Positions 12,829 to 27,106 of a stretch of DNA of 64,000 bases are shown here, one piece after another. Position 1 is the first letter of the stretch; every line of letters starts with the position of its first letter. Source of the stretch: Octopus sinensis (Eukaryota); the NCBI RefSeq assembly GCF_006345805.1, contig NC_043002.1:53258001-53322000 (forward strand). Direction: 5' to 3'. Under the pieces are notes generated by a model. That model made no database searches. It had not been told where the DNA came from and was given only the letters and a program-made list of their open reading frames with translations. A program made the translations under genes and the position numbers.

Positions 12829-13474
12829 TTGCTATCGAAAACTTTGATTAAATTGGAGCAAAGCTTGCAAAATAATGAAACGTAGGGAAACACTTAAACG
12901 TTATATATTGTGTAATCTTATAAATAGCTGTTTCAAGATAAAATCAGTGACCAGGGAATTGTTTGTTACTCGTAAAAAAGAAAAGTGTAATTTTCAGGGT
13001 AGAAAAATTATTTCTAAATAAACATTTATGTTTCCATTAAGGAATTAGATATTGAACTAAATTTCGGACGACGTACAAATCATACTCCGAGGTAAAATTC
13101 CCGTATTAAAAAAAAAAAAAATGTTGCAGCTATGGAAATTTTTTATCTATGAATAGATATGTGAAACTCAAAAGAAAAAAATTACAGTAGATTAGTTAGG
13201 AAAAACATCTAAATAATTACTTTAAGCTGGAATTATGACTATACAAAAATTGGTACTATCTATGGGATTAGAAGTAAAGTAAGAAGAGAACTAAAATATT
13301 CATATAATAAACATCTAAATTATGTTGTAGACACAACATGCAAATCTCTAGATGATAAAAATCTATACGAGATGATGTTAGTGAAACAATATGCAAGAAA
13401 ATATACATAATCTCATATAAAGACCTACGTGCATAAACGTACAAAGATACACATACACAAATAAATACACACAC

Positions 13475-13524
<50 letters not shown>

Positions 13525-13953
13525 TGATCGACTGAAAAGTTCATCAGAACGTCGCAAGAAATATGCTGCAGTAATTGTTCTGAATACTTGCGTACGCAGT
13601 TCAAGTCTCACCAAGGTCATGTTCGATTTCTAATCCTCCTGGCACGATAAAGAAAATATATAAAATATTAAATTTTGTTTTCTTCAACTTTCTCAGTCTT
13701 GCATAACCTTCCGCTCCCTTCTGCGTTGAGCCTGTGAGAAGGACGCAAGCCAACATTCCAAAATTTTTTCACCTGCATTGTTCTTTCGTTTCAGATATTA
13801 AGGTTAAGCCATCAACATAGTCTACACACACACAGACACACACACACACACACACACACCACACACACACACACACTCATGCATACATACATGCATAAAT
13901 ACATACACGCACGCACGCGCACACACACATACATATTTATGCACACACGCGTA

Positions 13954-13995
<42 letters not shown>

Positions 13996-16258
13996 ATATA
14001 TACACACTATATGTTAGTACATATGTATGTGTGCATGTATATATATTATTTGCTTTTTTATTTGTTATGTCAAGGGTGACTAAAAAGTAAAGCTAAAAGA
14101 GAAAATCGTTAGCATAATAGCAGATCGATAATTTGTTTCGTCCTCAGACGAAGCTCATAGATGTATTAATTAAAAGTTTGAAATTGTTGCTACAGATAAT
14201 TGTTCTTAACTTATATAATGTGAGCTGCAATGAAAGAACAAAAATGAGGGAAGGTATAGAAAAGCCATGAAAATGGGATTTTGGAAGATTTATTTATATG
14301 AAGACAATTATACGCTATTCTGCAGGTTGAAAGTCAGTAATTTGTACGTAAAATAAGTAGTAGATTCTATTATTTATGAGTAGGGTGAGGCGACTTATGT
14401 CATCTGATGCTAAAATATGACTGTCTGCGATTATAGATAAGAAAGACTAAAAATAACGGTTAAAAATGAGCGTTGCTTGAAATGAAAGATTACATTGATG
14501 TTAAATGAACAGAAAAGTTATATGAAACCGTAAAAAAGCAAATGTTTGCGAGAATAAATGAAATTATCTTGGCATATTTGAGAAGGTAGACAGGTTAGCG
14601 TGCAATTGAAGAAATGTGGTTTATAAACTTGGTGTTTAACATATTAAATAGCGAGTTAGCATTTTCTTTAATGCAGGTTGATATAAAATACCTTAGGTAT
14701 TCATTTTGTTCACTATAATCCAAATGACTGTTAGGTATACGGTTATCTGATACGAACTTATGTACGGGGACTTATATGAAGGTTAAATTAGTGCATGCTC
14801 AGGTTTCCGTAATTGACACTTCCTCCAGCAGTAAAATTTTGAGCGTTTGAGTTTTGCAATGTAAAATGAAAGAACATTTAGGGAGATTAACTGTGGGAGG
14901 TTGATTTAGGAATTACGGAAAGGAATATGTACAGCGGTCTACAATATAAAATGTATCCAAAATGTAAATGAATTAATGTTTATCTCAGTATTTTTCAGGC
15001 ATTTCTTATACTAAAATTGCAGCTTTCATCTACTTAAACGTTGACTTAAATCATCGATGACTGTCTGATCTATGTTTATCCACTTTTCAGTCAATACATC
15101 ATTCAGCTCTGCAATTGATGTAAGTTCTGATGATCTTACTCGCAACCTTCTATCATGATGTTCTCATCCGTGTTCTACTGGATAGGTTTGATACAATTTT
15201 CAGAGGTTAAACCGAGACTAATGGGAATTGAAACTAGGATGATGAGAGTTGAAACCCGTACAACGGGAGTTGAAACCGGAACCATGAGATCTGAAATCGC
15301 GACCTATGGGAATATTACACAAAGTATGAAGGACCGTAGCATGGGGTTGGACATCAAGAGAGAGCAAGTTTCCCATCTTCAGCCAGAATCTCTGGGGTGT
15401 TTTGCTGCAATTATGTCAACCTAATTGCGTTTTCTTCTTATATAAAGGCAGTTCCTAGCAACTACTGAAATGGTATGTGAGACGTAGAATTTGTCTTTAT
15501 CACTTGGAAGGTCAGGAGTCTGGCTGAGGGGCATAGAAATATGGAGAACTGAAATAGATGTAGAAGGTAGCTATTCTTCTATTGACAACACATGTATGTC
15601 CAATATTGTAAAGTTATAAGTTGTCAGTTATGAGCTGTACCAGCTCCTCTTGCAATTTTAGTAATTTGGCCGGGAAATGAGATGAATCATTCATGGTCTG
15701 TTGTCTGTCTGTCTCTTTTTTAAAGGCAAAAACATGTCTTATATAAGGCGAAATATCCTTAGCTATTAATTTGCGAACGGCTCAGATTTCAGAGAACTAC
15801 ATCTTTTCTCTCAGCTCACGACCTGTCGTTTTTATTCAATTGAAGAAACAATTCTGGATATTATGATTTATGCGTATGACTGAAGTAGGGGCTTTTAGTT
15901 TTAAATTCTGGCTGGATTATTGCTTCATAATGCGCTAGAAAGATTAATTAGTAACAATACTTAGATACTTTTTTGACAAACCAAGATAAAAGTAAGTATA
16001 CTACCAGATTTCCGGAAAAATAGGACATAATTTCAAACCGCCCGGGATGCCGAGGCAACGTTAATAAAGCTGGTCACTTCCGAACATACTAGACCATGAT
16101 AATCTTCCCATTTCTTCTAACAAAGTAACAAAATTGGCATTCACACACAGAGAAATATACACGACCACAAACATACTTGTTCTGTTTCCACAACATAGAA
16201 ATGTAAGCTGTTCGTTTCTATGTCAAACCTTTATTTATAAACATGGTAGAGTCTCATA

Positions 16259-16294
<36 letters not shown>

Positions 16295-16322
16295 CATAAT
16301 CATAATCATAATCATAATAATA

Positions 16323-16566
16323 AAACTGAGCAAATATAAAGATCTTGAAATAGAAATCAGCAAAATGTGGAAGCTGAAGACTAAAACAATACCTGTTGTC
16401 ATAGGTGCCCTGGGAATGATAGCAAAAGGGGCTGATAGCTACCTAACTCAGATACCAGGAAACCCAAAAATGGCAGAAGTTCAAAAGATAGTGCTCATGG
16501 GAACTGCTCATATCCTACGCAAAATACTCTCTATGTAACCTCAGGTTTAAAACAACATAATTTTCG

Positions 16567-16597
<31 letters not shown>

Positions 16598-16757
16598 CTT
16601 TTTTTTTTTAGACATTCATTAGTACAAACATCCCCACCCCCCCAATATATGGCACACTAGGCATAACAACAACATGAACTTCCACCCTGTTGTCTCTTGA
16701 GGTCTCTGGTGAGACTTGGAGCCAACTTGTACAAATATAAAGCAAAAGTCAAACATA

Positions 16758-16758
<1 letters not shown>
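16323..16758 (+). mobile_element. 3' fragment of an R4/Dong-clade (REL-endonuclease) non-LTR retrotransposon in (TAA)n
   Basis: KLSKYKDLEIEISKMWKLKTKTIPVVIGALGMIAKG...VQKIVLMGTAHILRKILSM* (16323-16538), then a 3' UTR. (TAA)n lies on both sides. Confidence 0.88.
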
Positions 16759-16790
<32 letters not shown>

Positions 16791-16791
<1 letters not shown>

Positions 16792-17193
16792 GGGTAAAAT
16801 TAATTAATTAATTAATTAATAATTAATAATTCCACCAAGTAGTGATTCGGTATGTAAAAGACCATTATCGGTAAACTTAAACAATATTTATTATAATAAG
16901 GGTTAGGCAAAAGAATTTGCTTCACCACACACCGAACTTTAGAAATAGCAGCCAAAGAATGTAGCTATTTCTTCTACTGTAAGAAACAACAGTAGTTTAT
17001 TATCAGGGAGAGAATTGTATTGTCAATAATAATAATAAAGGGTAAAATTAATTAATTAATTAAGTAATTAATAATTAATTATTCCACCAAGTAGTGAATT
17101 TCGTTATTTTCTTTCTCTGCCTACGTGATATGTTTTTGAGTACATATTGTCTGGGAGTTGTTTCTTACAGTAGAAGAAATAGCTAGATTCTTT
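16791..17193. repeat. PLE-terminus-like structure: 248-bp direct period plus a partial inverted copy
   Basis: AGGGTAAAATTAATTAATT..TTCCACCAAGTAGTGA at 16791 and 17039. 16954-16990 is inverted at 17157-17193. Confidence 0.7.
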
Positions 17194-17483
17194 GTGACTT
17201 ATCACGTCTTTAAATATCTTATTTAGTTGGCAAGGTTAAGATCCATAAATGTTGAGAGAATCAAAGAAAATATTGTGGCACTCATTACGAATATCAACAA
17301 TCTGGCTATAGGTAAATATATTTGAGGTGCGTTCTACATACAAACACCTTAGAGTCTCACACATGTGATATAACGTACTGAAAGCTGAGATCACTCAATA
17401 AAGACTATTCATGCAATTAGAGGATCAAAGGTCGTTCCCGAGCCATAGGCTCGTAAGGTCAGTGCCCCGGATTCTGTGGCATC

Positions 17484-17525
<42 letters not shown>

Positions 17526-18652
17526 TATATATATATTCACTCCACTTACTGGACGGGATGTTATATTTTCTCTCTACACAACTCATCAATCCCAGACTAA
17601 TAAATAATTCTTTTGAAAATCGTTAGAAGAAATTGCAAACATATTGTAACTTAAAGAATATTCGTACTACATTTTGGGTGACGCCAACAACATAAATCTT
17701 CTTTCCTTATATTGATAATTTCGAACATTCTCTAACAATAGTTCTCTTCGACGCCCGGAAGCATTAGATTTTGAAAAACATTTATGACTGCCAACAGTTA
17801 AGATAACCGACATTTTAATTCATTGTCTAAATGTAATGAAGTATTACTTTGGCATTCGAAACATTCAAACAATTTTCATTTATAATTTCTCCAGCAATCT
17901 TCGTCTATAATTTCTTTGTCAGGTCGCCAGGAATCGTATATTCCAAGTAAATGCGTTATCCTTATCCAAATAGCCGTGCAGATTGGTATAATAGTTTAGA
18001 GTTATTTTAAATGTAAGTTTAAAAACAACAAAAACAAAAAAAATGTGTAAGATACACAGTATATTGCAGTTGTTCAAGACAACCGAATGTCGGCCCACTA
18101 CCAAATGCTGGACTATTCACCGTAACCAGAGCTGTACGGTATCCAAGCCAAGAATTTTAACTGGATAAACTTCTTTAACTGCAGACAGATATAAAATTTG
18201 GCGGCGTTATGCAGTTGACGAATGTTATTTTCTCTACGTTGCTGATTTCAAATTCTGTAATGGTGGTAAGTCTTGAGAGGGACGAGTGCTGTGAAACTGA
18301 GCTGGCTTGTATAAATTACAAAGAAGACTATCAAATAAGTTTGGAATACCATCTTTACTACGTTTGCAAACTCAATGTATATCTTTATTTCTGTTTAAGG
18401 TTAATCTACACATCAGTTTGTCTTCTGACACTTCCAGGCACAAATCAGTCTTCCAATGAAAAGAGATTGCTCGTCTCTTGTTTAACCCTTCCCTATTTCT
18501 GTGGGCAGGAATGCTGTGAGTGGTCATCCACGACTGCTTTTCATGGTGCAATTCAGTATGTATGTGTGTGTGTGTGTGTGTATGTGTGTGAAGGAAAGAG
18601 AAAGAGAGAGGGAGGGAGAAATAGAAGGAGGTGGGATAATGATAATAATAAT

Positions 18653-18903
18653 GATCCTTTTTATTTTTGGCACAAAGCCTGAAATTCTGGGGTAGAGGAC
18701 AGTCATTTACATCGACCCCAGTACTTGATTAGTACTTATTTTATCGAACCCCGATAGAATGAAGAGCAAAGTCGACCTCAGCTTTGCCTTTCATCCTTTC
18801 AGAATCGATTAAGTAAATACTAATCAAGCACTGGGGTCAATGTAATGGACTAGTCCCCTCCTCCAAAATTTCAGGCCTTGTGCTTATAATAGAAAGGATT
18901 ATT
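18653..18903. mobile_element. Two headless family A SINE bodies joined head-to-head
   Basis: A minus body ending ...GCAAAGTCGACCTCAG is directly followed by a plus body CTTTGCCTTTCATCCTTTC...GAAAGGATT. Confidence 0.75.
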
Positions 18904-18920
18904 ATCATTATTATTTTTTT

Positions 18921-19544
<624 letters not shown>

Positions 19545-19545
<1 letters not shown>

Positions 19546-19755
19546 AGGCAGCGAGCTAGCAGAATCGTTAGCACGCCAGGTATGAGCGGTATTTCGTTTG
19601 TTGCTACGTTCTGAGTTCAAATTCCACCGAGGTCGACTTTGCCTTTTATCTTTCGGGATCGGTTAAATAAGTACCTGTTACGCACTGAGGTCAAAGTAAT
19701 CGACCTTTTCCCTTCCCCCAAATTTCAGGCTTTGTGCCTACGATAGAAAGGATTA
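19545..19755 (+). mobile_element. Family A SINE
   Basis: AAGGCAGCGAGCTAGCAGAATCGTTAGCAC...GTCGACTTTGCC...AAATTTCAGGCTTTGTGCC..AGAAAGGATT. Confidence 0.88.
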
Positions 19756-21892
19756 TTATTGTTATTATTATTATTATCTGAAGAAACAAAACAATGAAAA
19801 AATTGTAACCTGCAATTAGCAGATACATTTGTCCAATTTCAAGCAAAGTCAATATCATCACTGCCTCCATTGTGACTTCATAGCAAAATCCATACCTGGA
19901 CCCAAACTGCATTCACGCATCCACTGCAAATAGATGCAGCTTCTATTATGATAAATCTGTTTTTTTTTTATCCTTTCCTTCAAACACTCAAGGCGGAGTA
20001 AACGTTTGAATATTAAGTAAATAAAATGACATCGAAATAGCGGTGTTTGAAATGTGGCTACTAAGAACGACAACTGTACCAACAAGCATCAGCGCTTTGG
20101 GGGATAATATAAAATGGGTCTCTTAAATACTATGATCAAATACCAGGAAATGCATTTATTGTTGTGAATCTTCGCTTCTTTTTAAAATTTATTATTTAAT
20201 TCTTCATTTAAGGCGGAAGACTATATCCCTGAACTTTTATAGGCCCTCTGAAACTGGTGAACCGGGAGAAGTTATATTCAATCTGGAGACTTAGTCCAAA
20301 TAATCGTAAGAGAGTGAACTCCGTTAAAGGGACCTACATTTATATATATAAATTGGCATATATATTAATCGGTTACTTCGTTCATTCTCTACAGTTCAAT
20401 CATCACTAATGCAAGAATTCTAACCAGACTTCCAATTCTTTCTTTTTTGTGGATATTGAGCTATCGATATTATTTAGGCTTAGCATCATCCACATTAATT
20501 CCCCCAGTCAGAGACGAGGAAAGCCATGGGTCGTGCCCTCTATTGCTCTATTCTAAAAAAAAAAAGTTCAAAGTATCGCTCGTTTGATTTAACAATGCTA
20601 CCGCTGCTTACAACGGTGAATACATAGCAATATGCTGATATACACTTCAGTATGAGATGATCATACATAAATGCATTACACTGACTGATCTAAACCAAAT
20701 ACCTCCAATGAAAATTTAACTGGCATGCAATGCAAACGAAGTCAAAGAACATATCACTCATTTTATATAGTTGTCCAGTGAGACAAAGTAAACAAATTAA
20801 AAATTTAAAATAAAATGCAGTAAAATAAATATTTAAACCAGAGTCATTCAGTGGATGTTAATTTGAGGTTCTGTAATTTATTTGCTCTTAAAATTACAAC
20901 CCACAAAAGAATTTCTTTAATAGTATCTAACCAGGCAAGCAATAACATTTAAAATTTTTATTTTTGTAATAAAAACGGTCCCTATTGATTAGGAAGATAC
21001 TTAAAAGAAAAAATCAAACACGAGAAAGTATAAATTCTTTAAAAGTTTGTCTTCGATAACCAATGATCGAGAACATCGAATTAAAACTGAATAAATATAA
21101 ACGTATAGAAAGAAATTTAAGTTTGCTATAATCAAAACGAATGAAAAATAAACACAGACAAACATGTGTGGTTAAATGATTTTTCTTAAATCTACTGAGA
21201 AACACTGCTGAAACTTAAAATACAACATCGAAGTTGCATGAAAAGGACTATCAAGAGAATTTTTGTTTCTTTAAAAATATCATTACTTAAGATTGATATC
21301 AACGGAGGAAATAAAAATTGCAAAGCAATAGATTATGAGCTTTGCAATATTTAGTTACGAGTACATTCTTTTACAAACATAACTCAAACCAAAATTTGCA
21401 TTTTACTCGGGGTTGATGAAATAAGTATTGCTTAACCAAGTTTACGGTCCTTGTACACATGACTTTATTTTAACATAAGAACACAATAAACATGTCTAAC
21501 GTTGGCACAAGGAACACATTTGCGTGTATAGTTGTCTGTGTATGTGTAGAAGGAGTTCGTGTGTGTGTGCACGTATGTGAGCTTGTGTGTGTTTGTTTGT
21601 GCGCGCGCATGTGGACAGTGTAGTTGATTATATCATACCCAACGCTTCATTCATTCTTTATGTTATCGATTCCGTAAAGGACGATGGCCAATGTTGGATC
21701 TGAGTTTAGAACACAATATTATGTAACTAAAAACTCCAAAACATTGTTTATCCATCATTTTATCGATTCTTCCAGTTCACTAGTCGTGTACGAAATTTCA
21801 ATAACGATGGTTCCGTAGCGATTTCTTTAACAATTGAACTTGATTTCTATGAAATAACTATAAACTATCTTACCCGAGATAAAAATGTAATA

Positions 21893-22405
21893 TCTATATA
21901 TATAAAACTGTAGTTGTGTGAGTGTCTGTCCCCTTCGATTTAGATTCCTAACTACTCCCACATTTTGCGGTGCAGTTTAACCAAATTCGGGTATCTTATA
22001 GTCGTAATTCATATCGAGCCCGTCTGAGTATTAGCGCGCGTCTACAATGAGTCTACGATTTTAAAAATAATTTAACATCATTTTTTATTCCATTTTAATG
22101 CATAATTTTTCGTGTGTCAATGGCGGCGGAGTTAGCGTCCATGGTCACACCTGCACCTGTTTGCTTCTCCCCCTTCTTCCCTCCCTCGTGAAGCTGTGGG
22201 GAAGGGAGTGTAAGGAAATCAACGTCGTAAAGCGTTGTCAAGGAGACCAGCGTTCTTTTAGAACAACGACTTCATGGCTTGAAGACACCAAAACAGAAAT
22301 GGCTAAGAAAGCCCGAATTGGCATCTATAAGGGAAGTAACTCTCTAAGAATGCTTATATAGTTATTTCCCTTACAAACCCGAGCAACGCCGGGCGATACT
22401 GCTAG
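21893..22405 (+). mobile_element. Non-autonomous Helitron, 513 bp
   Basis: A|TCTATATATATAAAA at the 5' end. CCCGAGCAACGCCGGG hairpin, then CGATACTG-CTAG|T at the 3' end; inserted between A and T. Confidence 0.88.
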
Positions 22406-22589
22406 TCTATCATATAATGTTGTATATTCGTTGTTTAGCAGATTCGGCTGATTGTCTTTTATACACAATCTTTTAGTAAAACGGAACATGATGGCTTTCT
22501 TTCTAAGGGAGATAATCAATCACGCAAGTATTTGGAAAACTAAAAAAAAATAATACAAATGTTATTTTATTATTTATTTATTGACGGGA

Positions 22590-23573
22590 AAGGGCGATCT
22601 AGCTGAATCGTTAGCGCGCCGAGCAATGTGTTTGGCAGCATTTCGTCCGTCTCTTGTGTTCCAAGTTGAAATGTCATCAAGGCCGACTTTCCCTTTCATC
22701 CTCTCGGAGTCGATGAAATAAGTACCAGCTGTGTACTGGGGTCCATGTAATCAACTAGCACTCCACCTCCAAAATTCCAGGCTTTGTGCCTATAGTAGAA
22801 AGGATTATTTATTTATTGAAGGAAGGCGGCAAGTTTGCAGAATCATTAGCGAGCTGGACGGAATTAGCAGCAGCATTTCTTTTGGTTCACTAGGTCCTGA
22901 GTTCAAATTCTGGCACGGTCGACTATGGATTTCATTCCTTCGGAGCTTATAAAATATGTTGAGTACAGGGGTCGATATATCAGGCTTTAAACCTTCCCTA
23001 AAATTGTTGGCATTGTGCAAAATTTGAAACTATTATTTATTGAAGGGTAAATTGACAGAATCCATAGAGCGCCAGGCAAAAAGCCATGTGCTGTTTCTTT
23101 CGACATTTTACGCTCTGGGTTCAATTCGTGTCGAAGTCAACTTTGCCGTTTATCTTTTCTGGATCGATAAAGAAGAATTACTTATCACATACTGTAGTTG
23201 AGTGAACTGACCATCCCTTAACCATCAAAAACTGCTGGACTTATTATTGAATTGGAAACATTTATTTTTTTATTGAAATCAATATATTATTTTCTACTCT
23301 AGGCACAAAGCAACTGGTACTTAATTTATCGACCCCCGAAGGGATGAAAGGTAACGCCGATCTTGGCGGAATTTGAACTCAGAACGTAAAGACAGATGAA
23401 ACACTGCTAAGCATTTCGCCTGGTGTGCTAACGTTTCTGCCAGCTCGCCGCCTTGAAATTAATATATTCTGAACAACTTAAGGCGGTCATATGGCTGAAT
23501 CGTTAGCACGTCTGTCTTCACATTCTGAGTTCAAATTCCGCTAAGTGTTGGTTTTGTGCCAAAATTTGAAATC
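22590..23573. mobile_element. Cluster of five family A SINEs: + at ~22590, 22823, 23043 and 23479; - at 23283-23454
   Basis: Repeated GAATCGTTAGC heads and CTTTCATCC..GTCGAT..AAGTAC bodies. Confidence 0.8.
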
Positions 23574-24004
23574 AAAATATTCTTTGCAACGTAAATGATA
23601 ATCGCGCAGCGAAAGAAACTAAGAGTAGACTAAACAGAAGGGTTTAGTAAGGCAGTATTTCAAATACTTTATAATTGAAACGCTAATAGTCATATGAATC
23701 ACATGGTATTCTAAATGCAAAGAAACATCAGCCAAAAAGGTTGGAAACTTAAGATTATAGATTATATAAACAGTTCATCTAAGAAATCTGAAACTGCGAT
23801 TGAATCTAAAAAACATGAATTTAGATAAGTAATTTTTAACGCATCATATATTCCTTGGTTAAAACCCTCTTGAATACGTTGTCGTAAATTATATACCAAA
23901 TGTTTATGTGCTAATAAATCATACAAAATGTTGCAAAGAAAGAGAAATAATGTCAGTATAATGGCTTCTTTTGCAGCACAACCTGAAAATATAGTCCTGT
24001 TAAA

Positions 24005-24255
24005 GAGCCGATAAGGCGATCTCTATGTGGTCATTCGATATGCTGGAAATAACAGTCAAGTCTCTTTCAAGACACCTAGTACTTGATCTTGAAGAAACAC
24101 ATAAGTAGTATCCATCAGAATGCACTGTCCTGTATTAAGAACAAAGAATACAATGGAATACGTTCTAGATAAACTCACAAAAGATGGCCACATCTAGAAT
24201 ACTCAGATATACAAAGCAACACTGCTGCATGAAGGTCGAGCAAGGAGTTAAACAA
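24005..24255 (+). repeat. Degenerate dispersed repeat (GGTCATTCGA..GCTGGAAATAACAG family), homologues near 24500-24700 and 30700-30890
   Basis: All three share a TAGAAATAGCAGCC..ATCTCT..CAAATCA-type motif and end in ..AAACAACA. Confidence 0.45.
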
Positions 24256-24983
24256 CAACAGCAGCGGCAGCAGCAGCAGCAACAACAACAACACTTCTAT
24301 TAACACTCATTGATATGTGTGCTCGATGGATATTAAACACTTTAATATTACATTAAAGTATTCCCACTTCCTTATAAACAAGCAAACGAAAGATCATTAA
24401 AATATTTTATATGAAGAATCTGCAACCAGTAGACACCATCTTAATTAGTCAACTGGCTAATTAGAAGCGAATGAAAATAACTTAATAATTAGATTCTTCT
24501 ACAGCCATTAATTAAGCTGGGAACCTTTGCCTGACTGAAAATCTCTTTCAAATCACGCCCTCCATTCTTAAAGAAGGACACATTAGATAAAGTGACCTGT
24601 GATATTCTATATTGCAATAAATAAATAAAGATGAGACGGTCATTATTAGAATGTCTTTAATCATAGGCTTCTTCGATCAGAGATAACTTTGGAGCCAAAC
24701 ATCTAGAAATATTTGATAACCTGTAGCTACAAACGATAATATTTTAACAGGTATCAAATACATTTATGAAATTCAAAGCTAACCGAAACCTCAAAGTATT
24801 AACTCTCTGCCTTCGGATGAAAATTAAAGAGTAGGCTGTTTGAACGATGTCAACGTGCTCATGATAAAAATATTTATCATTGAACAAGCATTCTCAATGT
24901 ATTACCACAGAATGGTGCTGTTTCTTGATGTAAACAATAAGACATTTTCCATAATACTAGACTACTCATGAATAGGTTATATA

Positions 24984-26222
24984 TTGGGTCATTCCATAAA
25001 TAATGCAATTTTTAATACTTCTTTTATTTTTCAAAACTAAAATAAACAAAACATTTTTTAAATCTAAAATATACTCTCCATCATTTTCTACAATGCTCTT
25101 CCGTCTATCTGGTAGATTTGTAAGGTCCTTCTTCCAAAATTTACTTGTCCGTGGCGAAAAATACTCCTCCAGTATTGTTCTGACCTCGTCTACAGAATTC
25201 ATATTTCCCGTTCAAATGATTTTGAAGACTACAGCATAAATGATAATCAGATGGGGCAATGTCCGGCGAATATAGTGGGTGAGCATCATTTCCCATTCAA
25301 ACTGCTCCAACCTTTGGAATGTCATCCTCGCTGTATGTGGCCGAGCATTATTTTGATGGAAGAACACCTTTTGTCTTGAAACCAAAAATGGTCGCCTCTA
25401 GTGTTGACTTAAGCCGCTCAAGCTGCTCGCAGTAGATTTCCTTTGTTACCCTTTCACATCCCACCAAATAGATAATAACACCTTACATGAGTGAAGATCT
25501 TTTTTAATCTGGGATGCTGTGTTTCTCCTTTCCCTAACTACTGTTTTCGGTGCTTGACTTTCTTTTATAGAGAACCCATTACTTGTCACCAGTCATTATT
25601 CAGTCCCAAAAAGGTTAATTCGTGAGACGTGACCGCAAAGAAGAGCACACATTCACGCTTTGCGCACAATTAGATTCGGAAAGTTTGCGAGAAACTCATC
25701 GATCCAATTTGCTGACTTTTCCGATGGCACGTAGATGTCGATGAATGGTTGAATGACCAAAGCCAAGCTTCTCTGCTAGTTCCTCAACAGTTACAATGGA
25801 AGTTTGTTCCACCAGGGTTTGCAAGACGTCTTCGTCAAGCTCTACAGATCTTCCGGGATGAGGCTCGTCTTCTAGGCTGTAGTTTCCGGATCAGAATTTC
25901 TGGAACCAAACTTGACATTGGCTTACGCTTATTGTCCGATTCCCATATACTGCATTAATATTCCTCGCACTTTCCGTTTGCGTTGTTGCATTTCTTGAAC
26001 TCATAAAGCAAAATATGCCGAATATGCTCTTTTGTCACTTCCATTATAGCTTTGAAAAAATAACTGTTAAAATCGAACTGCACTCTTTAACACTTGCAGT
26101 AAGAATAGGTTAAATCATTATCTGCTTTTATAGCAGTTGATGCAGGTAGCTTATCTCGCCCCCCACCCTCCGACTTTTAGTTCATGCAATAAAAAAAAAA
26201 CTGCATTTACGAGACGACCCAA
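24984..26222 (-). mobile_element. Near full-length degenerate mariner (DD34D) transposon
   Basis: TIRs TTGGGTCATTCCATAAAT and rc TTGGGTCGTCTCGTAAAT. ATG at 26044: MEVTKEHIRHILLYEFKK...SLEDEPHPGRS...IMTGD...HPLYSPDIAPSDYH...DGEYILD, with many stops and frameshifts. Confidence 0.92.
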
Positions 26223-26470
26223 TCAATTTAGTGAAATAGTTTCCTGTAGGCATAAACAAAGTAGTAACATGCATCAATTCGATTGTATATTCGTTTGAAT
26301 TAGATTTTGATGAAGTATTCTATGGTACTGCAAGGACCCAAAAGTTAAAACCACATGAAAATAAGTTATATTCCTTTCCGCAAAGAGACATTTAAAAATT
26401 GATTAAGTGTGGAATTTAAAATGTTTTCCTCACTCACCATGAACTTAGGAAAAATGTGTATGCGCGCATG

Positions 26471-26564
<94 letters not shown>

Positions 26565-26576
26565 CTGCGTGCATTT

Positions 26577-26647
<71 letters not shown>

Positions 26648-26902
26648 TGTATGTTTATATATATATGTATGTATGTATATATATATGAATATTGCATTTC
26701 TAAATCTCTCAGAGAGACTTATACAGTAACAGCACGATAAAGTGATGTTATGTTGCCAACTTAATGTGGCAGTCACATGAGAGGGAAGAATGCTACTGCT
26801 ATTTAACCCTAGGAAACACCGTTCCTGTTGGCCTTGACACATATTCTGTGTCCTTGTTTTCAAAGGGGGAGATAAGCACCCCCACCAAGCAAAGCCAGCA
26901 TT

Positions 26903-26941
26903 CAGAGACTAGTTTCAGAATCATTGCTCATCATCAGTCTG
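26903..26941 (-). ncRNA. Minimal type I hammerhead ribozyme motif
   Basis: rc: CAGA-CTGATGA-TGAG-CAATGA-TTCT-GAAA-CTAGT-C-TCTG. GUC site, palindromic ACUAGU stem III. Confidence 0.7.
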
Positions 26942-27067
26942 GAGTAGCATGGCTTGCTAACTGTCGATGCTTATTCGCCTTTGCAAACATATATTTCAAG
27001 TGAGATACATTCACTAATTTCGAAAATAGAAATATTGCATTTCTAAATCTCTCAAGCCAAGCTACTC

Positions 27068-27106
27068 CAGACTGATGATAAGCAATGACTTTGAAACTAG
27101 TCTCTG
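27068..27106 (+). ncRNA. Minimal type I hammerhead ribozyme motif
   Basis: CAGA-CTGATGA-TAAG-CAATGA-CTTT-GAAA-CTAGT-C-TCTG. Confidence 0.7.

Noticed and set aside
14135-14162. rc CTATGAG...CGAAAC, HHR-like
   Set aside because: The core lacks G5 and there is no coherent stem II or stem I.
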